A stretch of DNA of 41,130 nucleotides, taken from the IMG/VR virus record IMGVR_UViG_3300020045_004180, positions 1 through 41,130 of that record. One strand, given 5' to 3'. This document shows positions 1 through 8,373 of this stretch, in pieces. This DNA is from a virus. Lineage: Duplodnaviria > Caudoviricetes. Below the pieces are notes generated by a model that saw only the letters and a list, made by a program, of their open reading frames with translations, was not told the origin of the DNA and ran no database searches. Both the position numbers and the translations under genes were made by a program. How positions within the stretch are numbered: the first letter of the stretch is position 1; every line of letters begins with the position of its first letter.

Positions 1-2
1 TG

Positions 3-356
3 ATTATTACCATAAGACAAAGTAAAGGTAGAAAAGATAGGATAGTAGCTTTGTCGGTAAAAATACTGGAAATATTGCGAATTTATTTCACAGCATATAA
101 ACCAAAAGAGTTCCTGTTTAACGGACATTTCGATTTGCGATATTCGCATACGAGTTGCAATAATATTGTTAAAAAATATCTTGGTAAAGATTATCACTTT
201 CATCTACTTAGGCACTCAAACGCCACCGCATTACTTGAAGCGGGAACCGATTTAAGAATTATACAAAAACATTTGGGACATTCCAGTAGTAAAACTACAG
301 AAATTTATACTCACGTTTCAACTGTTTTATTGTCTAATATGATGTTGCCTATTTAA
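3..356 (+). CDS. Tyrosine recombinase/integrase (XerD-like), C-terminal part; 5' end outside window
   Basis: Frame open from base 3 ([18 protein letters not shown]...). Contains the KGRKDR patch, HLLRH (H-x-x-R), LGHSS and the catalytic Tyr in TTEIYTHV. Confidence 0.92.
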   Translation: MITIRQSKGRKDRIVALSVKILEILRIYFTAYKPKEFLFNGHFDLRYSHTSCNNIVKKYLGKDYHFHLLRHSNATALLEAGTDLRIIQKHLGHSSSKTTEIYTHVSTVLLSNMMLPI

Positions 357-381
357 AACAAAAGTATTTTTATTTTAAACC

Positions 382-418
382 AAACCACGCTTTTAATCGA
401 GCGTGGTTTTTTGTTTTT
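382..418 (+). terminator. Intrinsic terminator after the recombinase
   Basis: Stem AAACCACGCT (382-391)/AGCGTGGTTT (400-409) followed by a T-run. Confidence 0.85.
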
Positions 419-450
419 ATCATTTTTCAAAATAATAAACAATTTTTTTC

Positions 451-458
451 TAAGTTTG
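451..458 (+). promoter_or_regulatory. Putative Bacteroidota -7 promoter element for the head genes
   Basis: TAAGTTTG matches TAnnTTTG, ~30 nt upstream of ATG 487 and downstream of a terminator. Confidence 0.55.
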
Positions 459-486
459 TAAAGAAATAAATCTTAAAAACAAAATA

Positions 487-783
487 ATGAATGATAATTT
501 TTGTACAATTTCGCAATATATAGAAAGTAGGTCCAGTTTAAAGGATAAAATACTTGCTTATGACACTATTATTTCAGGGATGGAATCGGCATATTTAGAA
601 GCGGTTTCGAGTGGTCATTTATCGGCTTATGAAATGAATGACGGGCAAATGCGTGTAAAGGCAGAATATAGAAATATATCTGATATGAATAACGCAATGA
701 TTGGTTTACAAAAGTTACGACAAATGTATATTAATCGATACAACGGGCGAATAACTGTATTGCGAGGTGGTAATTTATGTTAA
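487..783 (+). CDS. Head completion / head-tail joining protein (lambda gpW-like)
   Basis: 98 aa, immediately before the portal; helix-hairpin-helix pattern (YEMNDGQMRVKAEYRNISDM) like gpW-type proteins. Confidence 0.6.
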   Translation: MNDNFCTISQYIESRSSLKDKILAYDTIISGMESAYLEAVSSGHLSAYEMNDGQMRVKAEYRNISDMNNAMIGLQKLRQMYINRYNGRITVLRGGNLC

Positions 784-798
784 TAAAAAAAACAAACA

Positions 799-2409
799 AT
801 GAAAATATTTGGATTTGAATTCAATAGAATAAAAGAGGAATCGAGTGTTGAGGTTTTGGACACCAAAAGCAATTACGGAAACGGCACAACTTATGGAACT
901 TACTACCCAATTGTAAATAAAAATTGGGATGGCGAGAAAACTTTGGGAGAACTTGGATTAGTTGTAAATAACATTCCGGATTACGAAAGGTTGAGATTAC
1001 GGTCCTTGGATGCCTATGTGAAGAGTGACACTATCAAGATTATCGCTAAGAAAAAATTTGATTGGGTTGTGGGTTCGGGTTTGAAATTGCAGTGTGAGCC
1101 AAATACAACCGTTTTAGAAAGCGAAGGAATCAGTTTTGACAATGGGAAGTTTCAAAAATTAGTTGAGGCGAGATTTATGGTTTACGCAAACTCAATTAAT
1201 TGCGATTATTCCAAAAGACAAAATTTGCATCAAATCGCTTATGAAGCTTACAAAGGAAAATATTTGGCGGGTGATTTTCTTTGTATTGCAAGATTTAATG
1301 ATTATGGGCCGAACATTCAAATTATTGCAGCGGAACATATCAAAACTCCAATGATAGGAAACAAACTTTTAGAAGATGCAAAAACACGGGGTAATTATGT
1401 TGAACACGGAATAGAATTTAATAGTCAAGGAGAACATATCGCATATTTTATTTGTACCAAAAGCGAAAAGTCATATTTGGGAGAGTTCGAAAGGATAGAA
1501 GCAATTGGAGCAAAATCAGGACGTAAATTGGCTTGGTTGGTTTACGGTGAAAAGATTTCAAGTGACCATAAAAGGTCGGTTCCAGAAATATCACAGATTT
1601 TAGAAAAGGCAAACAAGCTGGATAGATATACTGAGGCGGCCGTTGGCAAAGCAGAACAGGCGGCAAAGATTCTGAATGCAATTACCCATCAAGATTATTC
1701 CACGGGTGAAAATCCTTTGGATGATTTGGTGAAAAGAAAATTGAAAGTAAAAGGCGATGGTGCAGAAGTTGATAGTTTTGTTTTAGGTGACGGTTTAGCT
1801 AATCGAATAACAGAAACCACTTCAAATATGACAATCAATATGCCGCCCGGTTCAAAACTTGAATCATTTGGAACGGATATTGAAAGTGATTATGCAGGAT
1901 TTGAAAGTGCTAACTTTAATAAAATTTCGGCTGCCAGTGGAGTTCCTCCAGAAGTTGCAATGCAAATGTATAATTCTAATTATTCTGCATCCAGAGCGGC
2001 TATTAACGGTTGGGGTTACGTTGTTGATATTGATAGAGAAGATTATTCTTTGCAGTTCTACAAACCATTTTATAAATTGTGGTTGGAGTTTGAAATTCTA
2101 AGAAATAAAATTCAGGCACCTGGATTTATTAAAGCACTTTCCAAAAATGATTTTATGGTAATTGATTCTTATGCTCAATGTCGTTTCATTGGTAAAAATA
2201 TGCCACATATTGACCCATTAAAAGAAATTAAGGCAATTAGAGCAATGTTGGGAGATAATGACCAAACGCCTCTTATTTCACGTGAACAAGCAACAGAAAG
2301 TTTAAACGCTGGGGAGTGGAATGCTAATTACACTAAAAATAAAGAGGAAACTAAAATTATTCCAAAAGAAGAAATAGAGCCAGAAGGAAATAACAATTTA
2401 AAATCATAA
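799..2409 (+). CDS. Portal protein, lambda family
   Basis: 536 aa; motifs VVGSGLKLQ, HGIEFNSQGEHIAY, NYSASRAA and HIDPLKE are typical of lambda gpB-type portals. Confidence 0.9.
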   Translation: MKIFGFEFNRIKEESSVEVLDTKSNYGNGTTYGTYYPIVNKNWDGEKTLGELGLVVNNIPDYERLRLRSLDAYVKSDTIKIIAKKKFDWVVGSGLKLQCEPNTTVLESEGISFDNGKFQKLVEARFMVYANSINCDYSKRQNLHQIAYEAYKGKYLAGDFLCIARFNDYGPNIQIIAAEHIKTPMIGNKLLEDAKTRGNYVEHGIEFNSQGEHIAYFICTKSEKSYLGEFERIEAIGAKSGRKLAWLVYGEKISSDHKRSVPEISQILEKANKLDRYTEAAVGKAEQAAKILNAITHQDYSTGENPLDDLVKRKLKVKGDGAEVDSFVLGDGLANRITETTSNMTINMPPGSKLESFGTDIESDYAGFESANFNKISAASGVPPEVAMQMYNSNYSASRAAINGWGYVVDIDREDYSLQFYKPFYKLWLEFEILRNKIQAPGFIKALSKNDFMVIDSYAQCRFIGKNMPHIDPLKEIKAIRAMLGDNDQTPLISREQATESLNAGEWNANYTKNKEETKIIPKEEIEPEGNNNLKS

Positions 2410-2413
2410 ATAG

Positions 2414-2782
2414 ATGACACAATATAGAGGTCAGTTACTTGTTAATAAAACTTGGAACGCACAAAGACGTTATAAAATAGGGCAGTCGGTTAGTTATTTG
2501 AATGTTGTTTATACAAATGCCACGGGAAATAATTCGATTCCGGGAACTAATGATGATTGGGTTTCATTATCGTCATCATCGGCAAATGCTTATCCAGGTA
2601 CTTTTATTTATACATCAGGGCCACAAACATTCACAGTTCCATCAAATACCAAACTAAATTCAGTTTTCCTGAACCGTGGATTGTTGGACGATTTGACAGA
2701 TTGGAGTTTATCGGGAACAATTTTGACAATACTCACGCCTTTGGCACCAAACGATGAAATAAAAGCAATAGGAATTAATTAA
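2414..2782 (+). CDS. Small protein with a CBM5/12-like carbohydrate-binding motif and beta-rich C-terminus
   Basis: WNAQRRYKIGQSVSYLNVVY...NNSIPG...W resembles the W-x5-Y-x2-G-x2-V-x-Y-x-G-x2-Y pattern. Confidence 0.5.
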   Translation: MTQYRGQLLVNKTWNAQRRYKIGQSVSYLNVVYTNATGNNSIPGTNDDWVSLSSSSANAYPGTFIYTSGPQTFTVPSNTKLNSVFLNRGLLDDLTDWSLSGTILTILTPLAPNDEIKAIGIN

Positions 2783-2801
2783 AAACAAAAACAAAAACAA
2801 A

Positions 2802-5800
2802 ATGAAAAAACAGATTTTAAAATTATTATTATTTTTTACGGTGTTGGGATATTCTCAAACAAATCCAACTTCTTTTAATAAAATAAAAGTTACTGCATCT
2901 GATACCAATTCCACACCTACTTATTTTGTAACACAGGAAACAGATGGAGTGCATAAAAAAACTCCTGCGGCCAATATCGCTTTAAAAACCGATTTGGATT
3001 TAAAACAAACAGTGTTTACAGGAATTTGCCAAAAACAATTTTTAACCGAGAATGATTTTACCATTGACAACTCGGCATTAACTTTGACAATTTCAACAGT
3101 TAAAAACGGTACTGCAATTTCAAGTTTAAACCCGGTTAGATTCTTCACGGACGGAAGCGGTATAGCTGTGATGCACGAAAAAACAAGTCCTGTTACTTTT
3201 AATTTTACGAATACAACTGGGATATGGTACTTTTACTTCGATAGCTCAGGAAATCCAATTGCAACACAAACGCCTTGGACTGAATTTTCGACCATAGCCA
3301 CAGTTTACCGTTTCTATTGGAATGCAACTTTAGGCGTTGCTGATAGACGAGTAATTGAGGCCGTGGAATTTCATAAGAATGATGTTAGTTGGGTTGACCA
3401 CGCTTGGAAACATTTGGACGGAGCTAAATGGTCAAGCGGATTAACAATTTCTAGCAACGCAATTTCAGCGGGCACGCCTGCCGTGGATGGCTCAAATGCA
3501 GTGATAACGTTGTCGAGCGGCACAATCTTGGATGACAACATTTACTATACGCTGACTAATGCTTCGACAGGTTCGGTTAAATTCACGCAGAATTTAGGCA
3601 CAGGATTATTGCCGGCAACATCAGGAAAGTTTATTTGCATTTCAAATAGTGCATCTGGTTTATTGGAAAAAATACCTGCTACTGATTTTCCCTTTCTTTG
3701 GAATAGCGGAACAAATACGCCTGAATACCTTACTGTAAATGGAACAAGAACGCCTGTAACGGCCAACTATTATTTTGTGTACTATGTCTATGCTTTGCAA
3801 GACCCCCGTTATGGAGAAACGATAAAGATAAAGAGTGCTGAAACTGATTTTGCAAATACTACCTTGGCGGCTGCTCACAACTGGGAGCAACTACAAACAT
3901 TGTTTCCAACTTTAAGGGATGGAGAAATACGATTATTGTACAAACTGACTTTTGAATATAAAACCAGCTACGATGTTGGCACAAAGAAAAGTGTGTTGAG
4001 GTACGTGGATGATTTAAGAAAACAGAAAACAACCACTACTGCCGTGGCTTCCGGTACTGTTCCAGCAACAAATGTAAGTGTTTCGCCTATTGGGGGTATT
4101 TCATCGACTAATGCTCAATCGGCATTTCAAGAGTTGGATAGCGAGGCGGAGAAAATTGCAAATAAACAAAACAGCTTGGCGGTTGACGGAACAGGGGTAA
4201 AATACCCAACAGTCGATGCGGTTAATAGTGGGGTTATTTTAAAATCATCAAATAATCAGCAAAATATTAATACAAGTTTAACCGCTACGGCAAACGATCA
4301 GGAATTAGTGGGGTTAGAGATATATTCTTCTTTCAACCCTTTATCTTTTTCAAATATTAGAAACACATCCTTAAAGGTAACAGGAGGAAGAACTTCGTTA
4401 GGTATCTACAGCCCTTTTAACACAGTAAATTTAGCCGAAAGTTTAGTCGTGAATACTAATACCGGATTAGGGAATTTAGCAGGTGACTATAAATATATCA
4501 CAGAACTTCAACAGACAGCTGGGGCTAACTTGAATAGATTTCAAATTGCTTCTCACAGAAGAGCAGCAGGAAGTTCTTTTGCAGGGACTTCTTTTAGACT
4601 TCAATACACAGTTGATAGCTATACGGGTACTGGGGCATTTGTAGAAATAGGAGCATCTGACCCTACCGTGTCCGGGTCTGGGTTTGTATCGTTGTCGACC
4701 AGCAATCAAGATAGGCTTAGTGTTTTGGGCACTGGGGAAATTTTAATTAATAAATTAACAAATTCAGGGGAAAAGTTGCAAGTAAACGGCACGGGAAAAT
4801 TCGAAGATGATTTGTATGCCCCAAACATAATATCAATAGACGCTGGTAATATTGATTGGCAAGGATTGGGGGATTCTATAACTTATGGTCAAGGTTCAAC
4901 GTCAGGAAATACTAGTTATGCGGATGTAATTCAGGCAAAAGTAAATTTTAAAAGTTTTGTAAAACAAGCCGTATCAGGCGCAACTGTTATGCCAGTTAGT
5001 GGAATGCCAGAGCTATACACACAGGTTGCAGCAATTTCGGCAGGCACGGAATTAGTAACACTTATGGCGGGAGTCAATGACTATACTTGGTCTAGTATAT
5101 TAGGGGATTTCGATACGGTAATGGCTAAATCTTATGCAAGTCTTGACAGAACACTATCTTTTACCGAAGCATTTAGATTTAATATCGAAACAATTAAAAT
5201 TAACCATCCAAATGCTAAATTAATAATAATTTCGCCTTTAAAAACTACAGCTGGGTCAGGAGTAAATGATTTACAAAAATATATCGATATTGAAATTGCA
5301 ATTGCTAATTATTACTCAATACCTTTTATTGATACAAACAATTTGTCTAATATATATACAATTACAAGCTTACTTCCAGATGGGTTACATCCGAATGATG
5401 CAGGTTATGCCTTATTAGCTGACTGTGTTTTGAAAGGAATCATAAACCCTAGTACTGTAAAAAAACAAAATCTAAACGATATAGCCCTAACAGGCACACC
5501 AACAGCCCCTACAGCAACAGCAGGAACTAATACAACACAGATAGCTACAACTGCTTTTGTACAAGCTGCCAATGGCACTTTTGTAGCAGATGCTATCACG
5601 GATGGAGTTACGACGATTGCCCCTAGTCAAAACGCTGTTTTTGATGCTTTGGCTTTGAAAGCGGAATTAGCTAATCCCACTTTCCCAACAGGTGTAACGG
5701 TAGGAAATGGATATGTTACTTTTGGAAGTACAGGAAATGGACTTTATGCCCCGAATGGAGGAGCTATAACTTTTGTAGCAAACCACCCATCGGCACCCGG

Positions 5801-6005
5801 ATGGACAGCAAACACAAACATAACGGCAACTTTTTATAAAACAACAGTTTACACGGTTGCAACTTTGCCAACAACAGGGGTGGTTACGGGGTCTTATGCA
5901 ACAGTATCTGACGCAACCGCACCGACTTATTTAGGAACATTAACAGGAGGCGGTGCGGTTGTTTGTCCTGTATTTTATAACGGAACGGCTTGGGTGGCGC
6001 ATTAA
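2802..6005 (+). CDS. Large mosaic fibre-like protein with N-terminal Sec signal peptide and SGNH/GDSL esterase domain
   Basis: Signal MKKQILKLLLFFTVLGYS|Q; SGNH blocks GDSITYG, AVSG, GVND, DGLHPN; fibre-type segments ALTGTPTAPTATAGTNTTQIATTAFV and YTVATLP...PVFYNGTAW. Confidence 0.75.
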   Translation: MKKQILKLLLFFTVLGYSQTNPTSFNKIKVTASDTNSTPTYFVTQETDGVHKKTPAANIALKTDLDLKQTVFTGICQKQFLTENDFTIDNSALTLTISTVKNGTAISSLNPVRFFTDGSGIAVMHEKTSPVTFNFTNTTGIWYFYFDSSGNPIATQTPWTEFSTIATVYRFYWNATLGVADRRVIEAVEFHKNDVSWVDHAWKHLDGAKWSSGLTISSNAISAGTPAVDGSNAVITLSSGTILDDNIYYTLTNASTGSVKFTQNLGTGLLPATSGKFICISNSASGLLEKIPATDFPFLWNSGTNTPEYLTVNGTRTPVTANYYFVYYVYALQDPRYGETIKIKSAETDFANTTLAAAHNWEQLQTLFPTLRDGEIRLLYKLTFEYKTSYDVGTKKSVLRYVDDLRKQKTTTTAVASGTVPATNVSVSPIGGISSTNAQSAFQELDSEAEKIANKQNSLAVDGTGVKYPTVDAVNSGVILKSSNNQQNINTSLTATANDQELVGLEIYSSFNPLSFSNIRNTSLKVTGGRTSLGIYSPFNTVNLAESLVVNTNTGLGNLAGDYKYITELQQTAGANLNRFQIASHRRAAGSSFAGTSFRLQYTVDSYTGTGAFVEIGASDPTVSGSGFVSLSTSNQDRLSVLGTGEILINKLTNSGEKLQVNGTGKFEDDLYAPNIISIDAGNIDWQGLGDSITYGQGSTSGNTSYADVIQAKVNFKSFVKQAVSGATVMPVSGMPELYTQVAAISAGTELVTLMAGVNDYTWSSILGDFDTVMAKSYASLDRTLSFTEAFRFNIETIKINHPNAKLIIISPLKTTAGSGVNDLQKYIDIEIAIANYYSIPFIDTNNLSNIYTITSLLPDGLHPNDAGYALLADCVLKGIINPSTVKKQNLNDIALTGTPTAPTATAGTNTTQIATTAFVQAANGTFVADAITDGVTTIAPSQNAVFDALALKAELANPTFPTGVTVGNGYVTFGSTGNGLYAPNGGAITFVANHPSAPGWTANTNITATFYKTTVYTVATLPTTGVVTGSYATVSDATAPTYLGTLTGGGAVVCPVFYNGTAWVAH

Positions 6006-6030
6006 TCTTAACTTTAAAACAAATATAAAA

Positions 6031-6279
6031 ATGAAATTACAAGATTTGACAATTAAAACAGTTTTAGCAACTTTCGTAGTTGTATTTGGAATGTGTGCAA
6101 TGGTATTTGTGCATATTGAAGATATGGTACTTGGTGCCTTAATTGGATTTGTTGGAGCGATTTTACAATACTTTTTCGGTTCAAGTACTGGAAGTGTAGC
6201 AAAAGATAAAATGATTCAAGATATGAATGTACAATCAATTGCAAACGGTCAAGTACCGCCAATCAAGGATGAAAAGTAG
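6031..6279 (+). CDS. Putative holin (2 TM)
   Basis: Likely start is ATG 6031 after an A-rich leader; two hydrophobic helices followed by YFFGSSTGSVAKD; near the endolysin. Confidence 0.6.
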   Translation: MKLQDLTIKTVLATFVVVFGMCAMVFVHIEDMVLGALIGFVGAILQYFFGSSTGSVAKDKMIQDMNVQSIANGQVPPIKDEK

Positions 6280-6625
6280 AATTAAATATTGGATATTATT
6301 TCTTTTAATTCCTTTATCGGATATAAAGGCACTTTTTTATAATTCAGATTTGAAAGTGTCTTGGTATCTGTTTTCAAACAATAAAAGATATTTGTGCAAT
6401 GTTTTAGAAGATTACTCCAATATAATAATATTCGGGGTAATTTTTTATTTTATGGCTTTTGTAAAATTTGATTTAAAAATAAAAAAAATTTGTCTATTTT
6501 TGTTTATCATTAATGCCTTAGATTTCATTCATTTAGGATTAATGGATATGGAATATTTTATACCTTTGAAATTAGTTTTAGCCCTAATAATTTTTAACCT
6601 ATGCAACAAATTAAAGATTTCCTAA
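6269..6625 (+). CDS. Multi-pass membrane protein in lysis cassette
   Basis: Start MKSRIKYW at 6269 overlaps the previous stop; 3-4 hydrophobic segments. Confidence 0.6.
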   Translation: MKSRIKYWILFLLIPLSDIKALFYNSDLKVSWYLFSNNKRYLCNVLEDYSNIIIFGVIFYFMAFVKFDLKIKKICLFLFIINALDFIHLGLMDMEYFIPLKLVLALIIFNLCNKLKIS

Positions 6626-6915
6626 ACTTCTTAGATATATGTGTTGGCACATATTGGAGTTTGACAATGATGGATATTTTGCCTCTTATTTTTTCTGGAC
6701 AGATTACCGTAACGGCATTATCAAACATTTCTACATTCGTAAACTTATTGGTTGCCATAGCTGGATTGGTTTATTTAGTGGTTAGAACGGTTCATTTTGT
6801 TAGAATGAGCAAATTGCACATCGAGAGTAAAAAGCAGGATATAATAGCCAAAAAACAGGCTAATTTTTATAACAAATGGGATAAGGAATTTTTAGACCCT
6901 TTTAAAGAAAAATAA
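6601..6915 (+). CDS. Membrane protein, holin/antiholin candidate
   Basis: Hydrophobic FVNLLVAIAGLVYLVV, charged C-terminal tail, directly upstream of the endolysin. Confidence 0.55.
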   Translation: MQQIKDFLNFLDICVGTYWSLTMMDILPLIFSGQITVTALSNISTFVNLLVAIAGLVYLVVRTVHFVRMSKLHIESKKQDIIAKKQANFYNKWDKEFLDPFKEK

Positions 6916-6916
6916 T

Positions 6917-7498
6917 ATGACACTACCAGAAAAATACAAAACATTATTTGAGAAATACGGGATTAATTCTAAGTTGCGTATTTCTCATTTTATGGCTCAA
7001 ATTGAACACGAAAGCGGGTTGAAACCTATTAATGAGAATTTGAATTATTCGGCTAAAAGAATGTTAGAAATATTTAAAAGTGATTTTGACGTGAACCGTG
7101 ATAAATGGTTAAGTCCAAATGAAAAAGAAAAAGTTTTGTCGTTGTTGGGGCATCCTGATAGGATTGCAAATTTCGTTTACGCAAATCAAAACGGTAACGG
7201 AAATGAATCAAGTGGTGAGGGATGGAAGTATAGAGGTCGTGGATTCATTCAGATAACTGGAAAAGAAAACTATTTCAGATTGGCAAATGATACTGATTTG
7301 GATTGTTTAAAAAATCCTGATTTATTATTGCAAGAGCCAAACGCAATGATTTCCGCATTATGGTTTTGGAATTTAAAAGGATTGAATAAATTAGCAGATA
7401 AAGACGATATAATTTCAATCACAAAACGCATTAATGGGGGATTGATAGGAATTGATCACCGCAAACAATTACTAACTAAATACAAAAACCAATTATGA
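6917..7498 (+). CDS. Endolysin, glycoside hydrolase family 19
   Basis: HFMAQIEHES, ENLNYS, YRGRGFIQITGKENY, SALWFW, ITKRINGG are diagnostic GH19 phage lysin motifs. Confidence 0.93.
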   Translation: MTLPEKYKTLFEKYGINSKLRISHFMAQIEHESGLKPINENLNYSAKRMLEIFKSDFDVNRDKWLSPNEKEKVLSLLGHPDRIANFVYANQNGNGNESSGEGWKYRGRGFIQITGKENYFRLANDTDLDCLKNPDLLLQEPNAMISALWFWNLKGLNKLADKDDIISITKRINGGLIGIDHRKQLLTKYKNQL

Positions 7499-7593
7499 AA
7501 AAAGAAAACAGATTTGACAAATGGATTACAAGAGTTTCAATGTTTTTAAGCGGGGGAAAATCTTTCGCAAATTCGGAAACTAAATTTTATTAA
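7495..7593 (+). CDS. 32-aa hypothetical peptide (MKKENRFDKWITRVSMFLSGGKSFANSETKFY)
   Basis: ATGA overlap with the endolysin stop; ends 2 nt before the next ATG. Not in the ORF track. Confidence 0.5.
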   Translation: MKKENRFDKWITRVSMFLSGGKSFANSETKFY

Positions 7594-7595
7594 CT

Positions 7596-8204
7596 ATGGG
7601 AAATTACATAAAATCAAATTGGATATTATTGCTTATTATTTTGGTGGTTGTTTCGATGCTTTACAGTAAATGCGAAAACGAAAAGATTCTTTCCAGTGAT
7701 TTGGAAACTTTGAACATAAAAGTAAATACTTATAAATTGAAAGATGGTCAAGTAGTGGCAACATCGAAAACAACAACTTATGACAAGGTGCCAACAAAAA
7801 CAGAACTGACAAAGAAATTCCAGAAAGTAAAAACGATTATTAAGATTGTTGAAACGGTTCGAATTGATACGGTAAATGTAGTTTATCACGATTCTATACC
7901 TTGCAACTTCGAGCGAACCGGAACAGTTTTAAACAAAGATTATTCCCTGGATTACAAAAGCACTCAAAAAGGACTTTCAATATCTAATTTAAATGTTCCT
8001 GATAGTTTGGAAATTGTTGCAGGAACTAAAAGAAAATGGTTTTTGGGAAAAGAAACTCAAACCATCGATATTACTCATTCAAACAAGCACGTTGAAACAA
8101 ACAATATTCAACATTTCGAGATAAAGTCCAAAAAGAAGTTTTACGAAACGACTTTGTTTCAGGTGGGTATCGGAATTATTGGAGGTGTTTTAATTGCTAA
8201 GTGA
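7596..8204 (+). CDS. Putative spanin (unimolecular type)
   Basis: N-terminal hydrophobic stretch followed by Cys26 (possible lipoprotein signal), beta-rich middle, C-terminal TM (LFQVGIGIIGGVLIAK); last gene of the lysis cassette. Confidence 0.55.
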   Translation: MGNYIKSNWILLLIILVVVSMLYSKCENEKILSSDLETLNIKVNTYKLKDGQVVATSKTTTYDKVPTKTELTKKFQKVKTIIKIVETVRIDTVNVVYHDSIPCNFERTGTVLNKDYSLDYKSTQKGLSISNLNVPDSLEIVAGTKRKWFLGKETQTIDITHSNKHVETNNIQHFEIKSKKKFYETTLFQVGIGIIGGVLIAK

Positions 8205-8229
8205 AAATAAATACCTAATATTGTATTAG

Positions 8230-8310
8230 GTTTTTAGTAAATTTTTTCATTGGTTAGGTTTTTTTGGTTAGTTGTAGAAAAGCGTTTCATTCATTTGGAA
8301 CGCTTTTTTT
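8230..8310 (+). ncRNA. Candidate small RNA (~80 nt) with an anti-translation-initiation segment
   Basis: Promoter-like TTG(8194-8196)-N19-TAATATTG(8216-8223); G/U-rich segment 8248-8270 is the reverse complement of an A/C-rich leader plus ATG; ends in an intrinsic terminator. Confidence 0.35.
8278..8310 (+). terminator. Intrinsic terminator
   Basis: AAAAGCGTTTCA (8278-8289)/TGGAACGCTTTT (8296-8307) plus T-run. Confidence 0.85.
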
Positions 8311-8341
8311 ATTAAATTTAATATTTTAATTAAAAAAAATA

Positions 8342-8349
8342 TATATTTG
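8342..8349 (+). promoter_or_regulatory. Putative -7 promoter for the capsid/tail operon
   Basis: TATATTTG (TAnnTTTG) ~25 nt before ATG 8374. Confidence 0.6.
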
Positions 8350-8373
8350 TAGGGAATATTAAAAATAATTTTT

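Noticed and set aside
3-356. Integron integrase (IntI) with cassette array
   Set aside because: The region before the HxxR box is short with no IntI-specific insertion, and no repeated attC-like sites were seen in the window.
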